Below are positions 1-14,460 of a stretch of DNA of 64,000 nt, piece after piece (position 1 is the first letter of the stretch; every line of letters begins with the position of its first letter). Origin of the DNA: Eledone cirrhosa. Taxonomy: Eukaryota. Location of the stretch: assembly GCA_964016885.1 (NCBI GenBank), contig OZ024742.1, forward strand, positions 44,330,001-44,394,000, written 5' to 3'. The position numbers were made by a program, and so were the translations under genes. Under the pieces are notes generated by a model. The model worked only from the letters and a program-made list of their open reading frames with translations. It did not search any database and had not been told where the DNA came from.

Positions 1-527
1 CAAGCGATGCCTGTGCTTGAAGCTTTTTTAAGTGAGGAAAGGCTTTGCACGGGGCCAAACCCACTCTCTGAACATGGAATGCATTTGCCCAAAAAGAACT
101 GGTTCACATCATTGGATGTAAATGAAGTTGCACATTTTATATCCGAGTAACCTTCTCCCATAGGGATGTCTTAATTACGACTAGGAGTCTCTCACTCCAC
201 AAAATGAAAAAAACAAAAAAAACAAAAAAAAACTATTGGATGGTCGTTGACTCTCCTGAGTTCTTCTGCCCTTTGACGGGTTTTGTCACATACACACACA
301 CTGAAACAACAAAGCAAACAACATAGTACAATGAAGAAATACATCAGTTTAACTCTTGGTGTAGTAGGAAAAGAGCCTTTACATTTCAGACTCTAGTCCT
401 TCAGCAGAAGCTAGAATGAGAAATAAAAGATGAAATAGAGAGAGTAGGAAAAGGAAGGAATGGAAAACATTTTTTTTGTATAAAAGCATGTGTGTGTGTA
501 TGTATGGAAGCACACACACACACACAT

Positions 528-532
<5 letters not shown>

Positions 533-579
<47 letters not shown>
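533..579. repeat. (TA)n microsatellite preceded by (CA)n
   Basis: direct reading. Confidence 0.9.
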
Positions 580-581
<2 letters not shown>

Positions 582-770
582 TCATCGTCGGGCATTAAAT
601 AATAGTGATTTATTTATATATGTATATATATATGTATGCATTTTGAAAAAAATGAAATATATATGTTTCATATTTTCAAAATGTAGATGCATATATAGAT
701 ATTTATGTTTTTATATATGTAATGTAGAAAAAATATTTGTTAATAAATGATTTTCTCGTATTTGTTTCAG

Positions 771-911
771 AACATGAATGTCCAGAAGGGAAATTTGGCT
801 GGAATTGTTTGTCTAACTGTAATTGCCGCCATCAAAAGCGATGTGATCCTCTGACAGGTTTTTGCCCTGATGGCTGTAAACCTGACTTCTATGGCAATAA
901 CTGTCTTTTAA
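771..911 (+). CDS. Internal exon, EGF/laminin-EGF-like module of a multiple-EGF (MEGF10/11/SCARF-like) protein
   Basis: tttcag acceptor and gtaagt donor; 141 nt, phase 1-1; HECPEGKFGWNCLSNCNCRHQKRCDPLTGFCPDGCKPDFYGNNCLL has the 8-Cys CxxGxxGxxC..C.C...C....G.C..GC..G..G..C pattern. Confidence 0.9.
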
Positions 912-1759
912 GTAAGTAAAAACTTTTCACATTTTACAAATGTAGTTTCGAGTGTGTTGTTGTTGGAAAAATTATTTTGTGGTTGCTTAAATCAATCATA
1001 GAAAAAAAATGTTTAGATTTTAAACCACATATTGAAACAATTTCCATTTATCATCAGCTACCATTCTAGTGAGTTGTGATTGAACTAAACAAAAACAACC
1101 TTTATTTCCTGCCAACTTCTAATGTCCTTTGCTTGCTGTATTTTACAGTAAAAATGAAAATTATTTCAATTGTTTTAATATGAATTACTATTACATGCAG
1201 TAGTATTAGATAACATATTGAACTAGAAATTTCTGCACTGAAAGTTCAAATCTATTCAGTTGTTCATTGCTTTATTTCCTTTAATTTTGGGAAAAGGTGT
1301 TTTTGTAGCCAAGTTAAATATAATAGGAAAGTCCAGCAGGTAATATATCTCTCACCCATTTAGCATTATAGTCATTTTAGAAGAGAAGGGAATTTCATAT
1401 TGGAAATATTTGTAAGGTTTTTTACTCTCCCACTTGGGCAAAATTTCTTAATGCTTTTATTACTATATCTCTAATTGTTTTGATACCAAACTTCCTGAAA
1501 CTGCCTCTGGTTCTATGATATGAAACTTCTTATTTTAAAGGGTATATATTTATCTAAAATCCTTCCTACATAATTTTATGTAAATAGGAGAGAGGTAGTG
1601 ATAATGATATTGGACATGATAATGGTAATGAGTGATGATGATGATGGTAGTAGTAAGAAGTATAGGTGAGAGAGTGGTAGTGATAAAGTAGGAGATGAAG
1701 ACAATGGATAGTTCAATAGAAAGCAGATGTTCACCCAAACCTGGAAGGTGATAGGTGAA

Positions 1760-2600
1760 TGGAAAGCACATAGAGCAATAGATGGAGATACCATAGGTGT
1801 GTAGTGGACAAAGGCCTGCCACATCCAGCTTCCATCTCTATCACCTTAATGACCATTTTGCCATGCCTGCACCATTAGGCTTGTCTTTCCTCCACACAGC
1901 ATATCATTAATTGTCACCATCCTCAGTTATCTCCTTTGAAAAGTTCAACCTCTTTAGGTCAGTCTTCACCATTTTGTCCCAAATTTTCTTTAGTCTCCAT
2001 CTTCTACAGGTTCCTTTTATTTAATACTTTTTAATAAAACTGGCATCCTCCATATGCATCACGTCTGCACCAGTTTTCTCTCTTATACAATTCATATAAT
2101 TCCTATTTTATCCAACCTTTCTCTCAATTCATTTGTGCTCCATCACACTAACATTATACATCTAGCACAACATGCATACTTCATTTCTTTCAATCTGTTG
2201 CAAATCTTCTGCAGTCAAGTGCCACATCTTGCTACCATGTACTATCACAGTTTATACACAATCATCATTATCTGTTCTTCACTATCTGTTCGTCACTATG
2301 AGATTTCTACCTATGTCTTTTCTGCATATTGAGTGTAGTCATTTCTTTGATGGAGTCAGGGCCCTACCTTCTTTCCTACTTACTACAACTTCAGTCTTTG
2401 CTAGATTTACACTGAGGCTTTTTGATTCCAGGTTTTGTTTCCAGTCTGGAATTTCTCTTCTCATTTTTCTACAAATTCTGCTATGAGCATACAGGAGTCC
2501 TCAAAGATAGCAAGTCTTGAATTCCTCTGTTATGGCCTGGAGGACTATAATAAACAGAAGAGTACCGTGATCTGAACCCTGATGGATTCCTGTATGTGCA
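1760..2600 (-). mobile_element. Decayed RTE LINE fragment (RT/3' region)
   Basis: minus-strand GIHQGS...LLFIIVLQAITEEFKT matches the RT of the copy at 7237-11425; boundaries approximate. Confidence 0.7.
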
Positions 2601-2617
2601 TATTTTTCAATGAAGTA

Positions 2618-3681
2618 CGAGGTGCATTCAAAAAGTATCTGACCTTTGGTTATTAAAAAAAAAAACAATTTTGTATATTTCATAAACTTTATTTAATCAC
2701 CTACTAAACTCTCCTTGGGTGTTCACACACTTCTCCCTGCAGTTCTGCCACTGCTGATAAGACCTAGAATACCTTCTCTGGAATGCTATGGAGCTCCGCC
2801 ATCACTTTTCTCATAATTTCCTAAGTAGTATTCCTTATTGATTGTTTGGCCTTGTGGTGCATATTCATGATACACAATACCATAGGAGTCAAAGAAATGG
2901 GTTAACATTATCTTTACATTGCTATGAACCTGTCAAGCTTTTTGGGGCCTTGGTGATGATGTATGCTTCCATTGGCAGGACTGGAGACTTAGTTTCCAGG
3001 ACATAACCATAAACCCATGTCTCATTGCCAGTGATGATGGTCTTCATGAAGTCTGAGTTGTGGTTTTCACAGTCCAGCATGGCCTGTGTGATTTCCATGC
3101 AGAATTGCTTCTGCTGCTCTGCCAGCACCTTGGAGAAGAATTTCAACGACATTCTCTGCATCTACAAACCCTTCATTAAAATGGAATACACTAATCCTGT
3201 GCTTATTCCTACTTTGTGAACAATTTCCTGGATTGTTACATAATGACCTTCCATAACTATTCGCTGAACCTTCCCAATTGGCTTCTTGTTTTGGCTTGTG
3301 GATGGCCTGCCCGTGCCTCACTCTCCACTGAGGTGCAGCCATGTTTGAAATGGTTGTAACATTCCTTGATCTGAGTTTTGCTCATGGCATCATCATGAAA
3401 GGCCTGCTGAATCTTCTGGATAGTTTGAGCTTGAGTATCACGAAGCTTTTGTCAAAACTTGATGCAATATCTCTCTGCTCAATGCATTGTCATTTTGTTT
3501 GAAAACGAAAATCCAACAAATGCACAATACACGTCTGTACTCTAGGTGTAACAGCCAGGAACTGACATGGCCTACCGGCACAAAACTTTTCAAACATGCG
3601 CAGGAAGGGTGGTGTTACCTCTCATTGAAAGGATTTTGTTCATGTGGCAAATAAAATCAGATACTTTTTGAATGCAACTCG
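2618..3681 (-). mobile_element. Internally deleted, non-functional mariner (Tc1/mariner) transposon
   Basis: TIRs cgaggtgcattcaaaaagtatctga / tcagatactttttgaatgcaactcg flanked by TA; minus-strand FMKTIITGNETWVYGYVLETK resembles the mariner TGDETWVYGYDPETK motif. Confidence 0.85.
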
Positions 3682-6479
3682 TATATGCGTGAAAATGTAA
3701 ATATCAGTGAAATAACTGGGAAACCGATGCAATTTGAATAAAAATACCTTGTGTGTTATTTGTTCTGTCCAAGTGACACACATAGTCCATTGTCACTCGT
3801 TGCAGAGATATGGTGAATCCATTGAGAAGCTGTATTGCGCAACATTATTGTTCACTAAGATGCGATATAAAATAAGTGTATGAGGAGTGTATTAACAATG
3901 ACATATATTGACTTCAGCTGTCAAAGAAGCATACTACAACACAATCTTTTCCATTCTTGTGAATGACAAATAACTATGTTTCAATTAGTTCAGTCTCTGA
4001 TCATCACCATTCTATGTTCATTTTTCCATGTTGGCATAGGTTAGAGGTCTCTGAGTATCTCTCCACTTGTAGTTCTTCATCATTTGGCACTTATAGCAGC
4101 TAAACAAGTCATCTCCAACAAGACTAAAGTATCCTCTCTATACACTTTATGTAGTTTATGTTTGTTCTTTTCTTCACCATAATATTTTTGGATGCTCTTC
4201 GCATCTCCAACTTCTTTACAGTGTGGAGTGGATGGATTTTATTGTGCCATTCGCATAGTTTTTTATTTTTTATTTTCTAGACATGTGGCAATTTAGAGTC
4301 ACTGAAAATAATCTGTCTTCCTGATGTGTTTGTTGGGGTATTAGTTATAGCTACTACTATGGCTCATTGGGACATAGCTTGTTCAATGTTTTCTCTATCC
4401 TGTATTAACTTTTATTCAGGGATTTTGCTTACTTAGATGGCTTGTTTTTACTTCTGCTTGCAGAACCCTCTGTATACTGATGGGCTCAGAGAAGACATCA
4501 TGCACTTTGTAAGGAGGGCTGAACTACTATAGGACTAGGAATAAGAGGTTTAATTGTACTATATAGGTGGAAAGAGGCTGATGGCAGTTTTGCCAGCCAT
4601 TAGAGTAGGAGAATATAAAGTATAAAAATTAAAATATTTAAATGATTTATTTTAAAATTTCATTTCATCTTGCTTAGAAACAGAGTTATTTAAATTGTCC
4701 TGCTTAAGAAGACAGAATGTGTTTGTAGCAAATCACTTATAAAGAGAAACTATATTCTTGGCATGCTAACAAAATGAGCTTTCACTCACAGTTGGTTTAC
4801 AACTTATTTGAGACAGCAGCAGTATTATGGTGGTGTGGAGTTAGGGTAGCATGTTGAAAGAGAGCTTATAGATGGGAAAGAAAATCACTTACCTTGCTGG
4901 GTTTCCCTGAATGTAACTGTTGCCTAGCTGTGTAATCCATCATCCATATTCACTTCAAAACTCTGGCCAGGAATCATGTTCTTTGCATGAGCTCACAGGC
5001 ACACAACCGTTAACATCAAGTCCCCATGAAGAAAAAGACCATCTTGTTTTGCCCTTCTGATCATGTAACATTGTTGCTCCTGTTACTTTTGGCATGCCAC
5101 TCATAACTCCACAGGCAGCTAATTTATAAGTGTGGTGATGATGAAGTTCACCACCTATACATTTCCTTTTGAAATACATATGCCTCTAAAAAATGAAGCC
5201 TTTTGAATGAAAATTATTTGTTGATTGCAGTTTTGTAACATGAATTTGAACCATAGGTATTCTGGATTGAATATTGCTTACTCTTGCCACAAAAGCTTAC
5301 TCTCAACAGAATGTCACTGACTTTTAGTAGCTCTCATCTCAGATTTCCCCCACCCCCACCATCATGTACCCTGGAGTTTTCACTAAAGGCTCCTGCTTCT
5401 TATCTGCCCATTACATCCACAACATGCAGCTTACTTACCACTTCTTTGCAGACAGTTATAGTGCCAGTTGAGAATTTACACATAGTTGGTCATGATAGAC
5501 CAGGAATCAACCATTTGCAGCTACACAGCTTTGATTTCTCTGTGCAGACTAAGCCAACTTCAACAAGTTGCATGAATATTGATGTAGAATTATTACATTC
5601 ACAACCACTGCAGCTTACACAACTTACAATTTTCAGGCCATTGCAGGTTACACAATGTACAACCACAAACCATCATGGCTTACATACGTTACACGTACAC
5701 ATACTTCCACTTTCATTGCATTAACCCCTTCATCACCATATTTCTAATAAAAGACTGCCTATAATTTTTAAATAATTTTGAAAAATCATCAAGAATTTGA
5801 ATGGATTTACTAATATTAACTTTCTTCTTATTAAGCTGGTGTTTCCAAGAAAACTTAACAAAGGCTCTTACATAAAATTATGATGGAAGGTTTTTAGATA
5901 AATATAATCACTTAAAAACAAACAGCTTTGTATTGCAGAACTGGGGGTTAAGACGTTTAGAGTTAGAAGCCATTGCAGCTTACCTTACAGGTATACATAC
6001 TTACACTTTCATTACATTAACAGAATGATTACTCTCCATTCAGCTAATCTCATGTAAATCACATGCTTAACTGAATGAATATTCAAAGCAGTAACTAGAT
6101 TTTGTCACTTCCTCTTAAAAAGTATATTTACTATCTGTCTCCCTCATTATTACCACAAAGAAATTAGCAGTAGTACTAACAGAATGGTCCAGGATAGAGA
6201 CAGATTAAAATATTCATAGCAAGAGATTTGTGTGTCTATTATGCATACACGTATCATATTTGCTTTCATATACACCACTGTCAAAGAAATTATCTGCTTT
6301 AACCATGTGTGGCATTCAAAATAAACTTGAATTATTTTAAACTAGTTATGTATTGCTTTTCAATTCAAATTTGTATTCACAAACTTTCAAAATAACACAT
6401 GAACTGTTGGTTTATATTACTTTGAATTATTCCAACATTTAGATTAGACTGATTTACACTAATACAAGAAATGGAAAAT

Positions 6480-7065
6480 GGTGCCATGATAAAATGCTCC
6501 CAGTCCATATTGTAAATTGGTAGTGTAGATGCCATGACAAAATGTGCCCAATCCACACTGTGCCCAATCCACACTGTAAAGTGGCAGTGTAGGTGCCCCA
6601 ATAAAATGTACACAGCCTATTCTGTAAAGTGGCAGTGTAGGTGTTGTGATAAATTGCACCCAGCCTACTCTTTAAAGTGACAATATAGGTGCCACGATAA
6701 AATGCTCTTAATCAACACTGTAAAGTCATAGTACTGGTTCTGTGATAAAAAGTACTGTTTTTACTTTGCTAAATGGTAGTGCTCGTGCCACGATAATAAT
6801 AATAAAAAAACAAAACAAAAAAAAAACAGGACCTGGTCCACCCTGTTAGTGGGTAGTGCTGATACCAGAATAAAAAGCTCCCAGTGCATATGTGTTAGAA
6901 AGGGTATCCAGCTGCAGAAAACACAGCAGAAATGGCATGTACGAGCTAAACATGGTCTCCTGGCTGGTCTAACTTCAGAATGTGACAACCCTTCTATTTC
7001 ATGTGAGCATAGAAAATAGATGTTAAATAGTGATGATGATGATGATGATGATGGTGATGATATTG
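6480..7065 (+). mobile_element. RTE-type 3' UTR/SINE-tail fragment with several ~45-bp internal repeats and a (GAT)n tail
   Basis: repeated ctgtaaagtggcagtgtaggtg motif, gttagaaagggtatccagctg motif and gatgatgat tail, shared with the other RTE 3' ends. Confidence 0.6.
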
Positions 7066-7236
7066 TAATGTAAGCATTTCTATATGTAACCAAAAATCTA
7101 AGCCTTTTGGACTAATCCAGAACAATAGTAAAAGCTTTAAAATTCCAATTTTAATACATCTTAATAATTATTGTTGCTATTGTCCACTTTAAACATGATT
7201 ACTCCAGACCCACAGCTCTCTCTCTCTCTCTCTATA

Positions 7237-10200
7237 TCATCATCATTATCGTTTAACGTCCATGTTCGATGCTTGCATGGGTTTGGACGGGAGTTTTCCC
7301 ACTTGGAGCAAGAGTGGTTGTCTTGCTCGCATAGGACTGTCTGGCGGGTTTTCTACAGTTGGATGCCCTTCCTAACACCAACCACATTTACAGTGTGGGG
7401 CTGGGAGGTTTTTACCGTGTTGCCTACACGGCCACATTACAGCGTGGACTGTCTGGCAGGTTTTCTACAGCTGGATGCCCTTCCTAACACCAACCACATT
7501 TACAGTGTGGGACTGGGACGTTTTTACCGTGTTGCCTACACAGCCACATTACAGCGTGGACTGTGTGTTTTTTTTTTCGTGACACCTACACGATCTCATT
7601 TGTTTCGGCCTGGATTTTGTGGCACCAACATAACTTTACATTGAAAGGGGCGGTGTGGATGGGGTGGGGGTGGTGGGACAGGGGTGTATTTTGTTAGAGA
7701 TGCCTACTGACTGTAGTAGGTTTTACTTTGTATTTAGGTAATGCTGGTCTTCTCTGTTACTGAGTACCGCCAAAGGTCTCGGTCCAGTGACATTGTCTTG
7801 GAGAGGTGTAAGTGTGTGAGGTCGGAATTTATCAGCTCGTCCCAGGTTTTTCTGGGTCTGCCTACTCCGTGGCTACCATCTATCTTTATTGCCCTGCACT
7901 TTGTTATACAGCTGTCGTCTTTCATGCGCATCACGTGACCATACCAACGTAGCCTTCTCTCGAGTAAACAACATCTGATCCCTCTTATTTCTAATTTTTT
8001 CTCTTAGTTCATATATGCTTTGCCGTTCGCGTATATTACTATTACACATCCAGCGGAGCATGCAAGCTTCGTTCCTCTCTAGTCTGCGTATATCCTCTGC
8101 ACACAATGCCCAGGTCTCACTGCCATGCAACATTGCTGTTCGTATGCAGGCATCATACAACCTGCCTTTCACTTTTAGGGAGAACCCTTTAGCGGCTAAT
8201 AGTGGTATAAGCTCTCTGAACTTTTTCCATCCAGTTCTGACTCTAGCTACTGTACTTTCGGAGCACCCTCCCCCACTGCTGATTTTGTCACCCAGGTAAC
8301 GGAAGCTGTCCACTATTTCTATAGAACCCTCTGCGCAGTTGAAAGAGCTAGTATTTTGTGGGCACTTGCTGCTACTTATTGCACCAGAGCACCGGCCACA
8401 TGTAAAATCTGTGTTCTTAGTTAGCTTACCTGTGATCCCACTACATCTTTTATGCACCCATACTTTGCATTTGGGACATAAAATGGAGTTTCTACCTACG
8501 CCTTTCCTACACACTGAGCATGGCCATTTCCCGGAAGGGACCGGCACCTTATTTTCTTTCCTACAAACTAGAACTTTAGTCTTAGCCATGTTAATTTTAA
8601 GGCCTTTTGATTCTAAGCCGTGCTTCCATGTTTGGAATTTCTTCTCTAGCTCGGCCATTGATTCAGCTATGAGCGTTAGGTCATCTGCGTATAGGAGTTC
8701 CCATGGGCAGCCGGTCTTGAACTCCTCTGTTATAGCCTGAAGAGCAATAATGAATAGTAGGGGGCTAAGAACAGAGCCCTGATGGACACCAACTTTTACG
8801 CTAAACTCTTCACTATATTCGTTGTTAATTCTAACCTTGCTGACTGTTTCTTTATACATGGCTTGTATAGCTCTCACAAGCCATTCGTCAACACCTAGTT
8901 TTCTAAGAGCCCACCAGATAATGGAACGGGGGACTCTGTCGAAGGCTTTCTCCAAGTCAACAAAGGCTAAGTATAGGGGTTTACTTTTAGCTAGGTACTT
9001 CTCCTGTAGTTGTCGTACAATGAAAAGAGCGTCTGTGGTACTTTTACCTGACACAAACCCGAACTGCATTTCATCTAGATCAATTCGCTCTCTGATTAGT
9101 TGTGCTATTACTTTTTCCGTGACCTTCATGACCTGGTCGATTAATTTAATCCCTCTATAGTTACTCCTATCTAGGGCGTCTCCTTTACCCTTGTAACAGT
9201 TAATGATGATGCTGCTACGCCAGTCCTTCGGAACAACCCCATTCTATATGACTTGGTTTACTATCCGGGTGACCATGGTGTGTCCCACCGTTCCAGAGGC
9301 CTTCAGCATCTCAGCGACTATTTCCGAAGGCCCAGCCGCCTTACCCGTCTTCATATCTTTGATCGCCTTACTTATTATACTACCTTCAACTAACACTGCT
9401 GGTCCCTCTATTGGATCGATCTGGGGGAGACTATCCTTCTCCCATTTATTCTCCTCATTTAGTAGCCTCTCGTAGTGACACTTCCAAGCGACCTTCTTAT
9501 CAGCGTCAGTGATGGCGAGTACGCCATCATCATCTAGTACACACTTCTCCCCAACAATATCACGGTTTTCCTTGACACATTGCCTAGCAATCCTGAACAC
9601 CTCACGTTTTTGGTCCTCGCGTTGTAGAACATGCTTGAACTTTCTTTCCTCTGCTTCCCTTCTTGCGAAGTACACTTGTCTCCTAGCTTCCCTCCTGGCC
9701 ACTTGATAGTCTTCTCTACTTCCCCCATCCCGCCATATTTTCCAAGCCTGCTTTTTGGCCTTAATCGACTCCTCCACCTTACTGTTCCACCACCATGTTA
9801 CTCTCCTCCTGCCTATAGGCCTGCTCCGGCCACAGACTTCGTCTGCCGCCATCAGCAGGTTTGCTTTCAGGAATTCCCACTGTCCCTCTATATTGTCCGA
9901 CTCTAAATGCTCTTCCTTACTGTCGAAAGCGTCAAGTAATATGCTTTGAAATTTATTTCTGGCTGTGGGGTCCTTTAGCTTCCATATTTTTCTCCTGAGG
10001 ATAGTCCTCTTCTGCTGTCGAGTGCGTCTCGTCCTGTCTATGAGGTCGCTAATTATCAGTCTATGTTGGGAGGTGCATTCTTCATGGGGGAGGGATTTAG
10101 TGTTTACAACAGTCACTCTGTCACGTCTTCTGGTAAGGATATAATCTACCTGGCTGGTATGTTCCCCTGATCTGTAGCTGATCAAGTGATTGTCTCGTTT

Positions 10201-11425
10201 TTTGAAGTTAGTGTTACAGATTGTTAGGTTATTTGCGTCACAGAATTCCAGGATTCTGGAGCCTTCCTCATTTCTAGTACCAAACCCATAGCCTCCATGG
10301 ATTTCATCATAGCCATCACAATGTTGTCCAACGTGACCATTTAGGTCGCCAGCAATAATTATATAGTCACTGTCGGTTATTTGGGAGGTAGTGAGCATCA
10401 GTGTCTCATAGAAAGTGTCTTTTATAGCGCCAGGCAGTCCGGATTGGGGCGCGTACGCAGATATTATCGTCACAGTAGTTCTATTTAGAACAAGTCTTAT
10501 TTTAATTATTCTGTCGTTTACTTTATTTACGTCTATTATCTTATCCACCCATTTTTCTGCTAACATGATTCCTACCCCACCCAGCCCATTGTCATTTCCC
10601 ACCCAGAAAAGCTTATAGCATCGTTTTTTACCCACAATGAATCTAGCAGACCCGCCCCTCCACCTGGTCTCTTGGATGCAGCAGACATCAACCTCCTTAC
10701 GTTCAAGCATTTCTACAACCTCGTTTGAGCGGCCTTTTAAGGTCCCTACATTCATGGTACCAACTCTGAAGTTTTGGATTGCGTTTGGTGGGTGGGGTGC
10801 AGGGAGGGGTGTGGTTGATGGGGTTGGGGTTATGTTGGCCATCCGCGGCCGCAACAAAGAGGGTGGGGCTTTGCCCTTTCGTCCGGCAGCATGAGGTGAA
10901 TTTGTCGTTATCTTTTGCATTGTCTTCGGGTGTCCAGATTCTTCTGACTCTCCAGAAATTCCCTAGTTCACCCATCATATCGAACGGTGAGACAGAACAG
11001 AATTATAGAAAGCCAATTTTGAATACGATTTTTTGATTCTGGGGGATTGTAAGATATATAGATGAATGAACCGAATGTGGAGAGTTGAGAAGAAATGGAT
11101 ATGTACGTTACATTTCGTAGAAGAAAACTGAACAAGCGACCATCAATAATAGGAGACAAATTCTGGGTTTAGTCCCCTGTAGCATGGCTTATTTATATTT
11201 GGTTGGCAAGGAGTGAGGGGGAGTGTGAGACCAGCGTATATGATAGAGAGAGTGAGGGGGTGAGAGGCGATTTCAGCAGGCCAAGAGAGAGAGAGGGCAA
11301 TCCCTAATTTAACCTGGCATAATTTCTTTTTTCGGCCAAAATGGTTGCAGGAATATTATTTAGAATTGTAGAAAGACAAACAATTATGAACATGATTTTT
11401 TGATTCTGGGGGATTGTAAGATATA
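7237..11425 (-). mobile_element. Near full-length RTE-clade LINE (AP endonuclease + RT + Cys/His finger), disabled by one nonsense codon and one frameshift
   Basis: ORF 9244-10920 has the APE motifs VGTMNVGTL, IQETRW, AYAPQ, GDLNGH and SQHR; ORF 7873-9129 is in the same frame after a TAG at 9244-9246 and has the RT motifs QFGF, FVDLEKAFD, GVHQGSVLSP and YADD; frameshift near 7995; C-terminus GRPRKTW ends at 7734; ATC tail at ~7237; 5' limit approximate. Confidence 0.93.
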
Positions 11426-12423
11426 CTGCAATTGCCACCTTTCTTTTTTCCTGTCTCTATCTATAAATTTACCATATACACTTGTGTAACAGTGAATCCC
11501 ATGTAAAAGCCAACACCCTATTTTTTGCCAAACAATTTAGATTTTTCCATGTATCTCACATAAAATCAACTCTAGTTCTTTACAGATCAGTATTTGTGAA
11601 TCAAGGAATTATATTAACATAAATGTTACAACGAAGAAATGATTTTTTTTCTTTGGTATCATGTTTTGATGTATGCAAGTGGAAATAGTTATAAGATTTA
11701 TGTGACCTTATGTATTTTGGTAGTAGGAAATGTGTTTTGATGTATAGAAACATAGGTGTTGTTACTGGAATTGATTTTCTTTTTTGTTTAATCCATTTGG
11801 GTTTCTGTTTATTGATACAGAAATTTGGATTGTGGTGTAAATTTCAGTCCTTCGAGTAGTACTTATGTAACAGTTAACCCCATAAATTTAGCCTTTTCAT
11901 TACCATATATTCTAATAGATTTTAATTAATTTTGAAAAGTTGAAAATTTTGAGGGATTTAGCAATATAGCCTTCACATTATTTGGCTGGTGTTTGGAGCA
12001 TAACTTAAAGAAATGTTCTTACATAAAATAATGATGAAAGGTTTCCAGATAAATATAAACATTTTAAGATAAACAGCTTAGTACAACAGAGCTAGGTGGT
12101 TTGGTAACCAAAAAATAGTCTAATATATATGACTTTTATGCTGGTATATACAATAGTTTCACCTCTTGATCACTAGTATCCATTTTGCTGTTATGAAAAT
12201 ATTGATCACATATATAGGAAGACCATCAAATCAAAATACTTTCACATTTCACTATTTTATAACTTGTTTATAACAATGTTTCAAAGTTATTTCAATCATT
12301 TTTTTTGTTCCTTTTTTATAAAATTATTACATTATATATTTTGATTTTTTTAAAAATCTTTTATTTTTATTGTTCAGAAGTTATTTCATTAATATTTTTG
12401 TTTCTCTTTTCTATTTCATATTG

Positions 12424-12750
12424 TGAAGGCACATGGTTTAGTGGTTAGGGTGTTGGGATCACAATCATATGCCTGTGAGTTCAATTCCAGGATTAGACAG
12501 TTCATTGTGTACTATTTTTCATGTTGCTCCAATTTCTTGCTGAAAAAATGAGCTGTGACTAGTGCCAAGCTGTATTGGCTGGTCATTACTTTTCACTTGG
12601 ACAACATCAGTAGCATGGAGTTGGGAAGCTTGCATGCATAGTCAATTGCTGGTCTTCCACAAAAACACCCTGCCCAAACTTGTGCCTCCAAGAGGCAAAC
12701 CCATGGTTAGTCAGTCATGGATGTCGAACACATGACCAATCCTGACCATA
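12424..12750 (+). mobile_element. Degenerate tRNA-headed SINE
   Basis: A-box tggtttagtgg and B-box gtgagttcaattcc, similar to 34612-35003. Confidence 0.55.
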
Positions 12751-13172
12751 TATATTTCAATAACTTTCTATCTAAGTTATTTTATTTTAATTATTTCAAA
12801 CTATCATATTTTTTCAATAATATATTTGTTTCTTATAAATGTTATTCTTTTACTAGTTTCAGTCATTAAACTACATTTATGCTGGGATTTAGGCAATCAT
12901 TTTGACCCGATTAGTAGCAATAGTACATAGACAGTTCAGATATATTAACAGTGCATGAATGCTACATTCATCATAAAAAGATATTTCAGTATTTATTTAT
13001 TCTTGTTTGTATGTATCATCATTCATGTATTTTTCTTTTTGCTATTCCTTTCAACTTAAATACATGTGTGACATCCACCTAAAAATTTATTTTAGATCCA
13101 GTTTAATAATATAATTTAATGTTTTGTCAGTTCATTACATGATTTATGTCTATTTGAACTCTGTTACCTTAG

Positions 13173-13412
13173 AGGATTCTTGTATGTATGACAATCGTGG
13201 CGTAACTTATGCTGGAAGTGTTAATGAATCCTTGAGCCGAACACGTTGCCTAAAATGGAAGAGCCTAAATGGAATAAGGAAAGATATGTTTCCTAATGGT
13301 GTTTATCCAGAGAACTACTGTCGCAATATCAACATGACAACTGGTTATTCTTCAAAGCCATGGTGTATGGTAGCATCGTCTAAATATGAAAATTGTAATA
13401 TTACAGTTTGTA
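13173..13412 (+). CDS. Internal exon encoding a kringle domain
   Basis: ccttag acceptor, gtaagt donor; 240 nt, phase 1-1; DSCMYDNRGVTYAGSVNESLSRTRCLKW...ENYCRN...KPWC...ENCNITVC has six Cys and the kringle motifs GxxYxG, CxxW, NYCRN and PWC. Confidence 0.9.
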
Positions 13413-14238
13413 GTAAGTATTGCAGTCTTTTTATATCAATATATCATCATCATCATCATCAACAACTACAACATTACTAATGTTCGCTTTTCCATGCTCC
13501 AATTAAGTCAGTACTTAATTGGAACTACTATCTTGCAAGACAGGTTGGCAGACTACATTTTGCTCAAATACATTTAATTTTAATACAGTCTCCACAGCTA
13601 GATGCCCTTCCTAAAGTTAGCTGTAGTGTTCTGGGTGCATTTTATCGTGGTACTAGCACTATCATTAGACAGTGTGCTGGGTGCACTTTATCATGGCGCT
13701 ACTACTACCACTTAAGTGTACTGGGTGCATTTCATTGTGGTGCTATATCAATTCAGTTAACTCAAGAAGGAGTAAAAAAAATGTTGGGGCTCTTATCCCT
13801 TTAACCATCTTGTGATTCTGTGACTATATTTCTATTGAAACACACCTTATTTCAGTTATTTAATGAAGAATTTTGAATGATTTACTAAAACTATTAATTA
13901 TTCCATCACAAAAATAGTAACTTAACATTTGGTTCATGTAGAAAATTATGTTGGAATATTTTAATTTAAAATGGATGGTTTTATTTCGTAAAACCAGATC
14001 CAGTTTGGGGTGGATTGGTAACAAAAGGGTTAAGCTCATGTTTGGAAGCATAATTTAAATGTTCTTACATTTTATTTAGATATATATAAACACTTCAAAA
14101 TAAACAGCTTAGTATCATAGAACCAGAGCTAGTTTGGGCTGGGTTGGTATAAAAAAGGTTAAACGAGCATAGAACACTAGAGTTATGTATTTTCCTATAC
14201 ATTGATCTTTTTCCTTATTTTGCTGTTTTTATTTTCAG

Positions 14239-14370
14239 AGTGTCCTGACTATTGGTTTGGAACTTCTTGCAGATATGAATGTCACTGTAGTAATAAGGAA
14301 GACTGTGATAGAAATGGTATCTGTAAGTTAGGTTGTGTTGCTGGCTGGACTGGACACAACTGCCAAAAAA
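14239..14370 (+). CDS. Internal exon, EGF-like module
   Basis: tttcag/gtaagt; 132 nt, phase 1-1; CPDYWFGTSCRYECHCSNKEDCDRNGICKLGCVAGWTGHNCQK. Confidence 0.9.
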
Positions 14371-14460
14371 GTAAGTGCTGCTTTAAATATTTATCATCAG
14401 CATTGTCATCATTATCGTTGTCATCATCATCACCATCATCATCACCATCATTGTCATCAT

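Noticed and set aside
5284-5724. 146-aa ORF
   Set aside because: No recognisable domain or splice context; non-ATG start
5721-14162. Additional TTAA-bounded MITE-like fragments (about 5721-5951, 11876-12110, 13802-14162)
   Set aside because: They share internal motifs, but the TIRs are too degenerate to delimit reliably by eye
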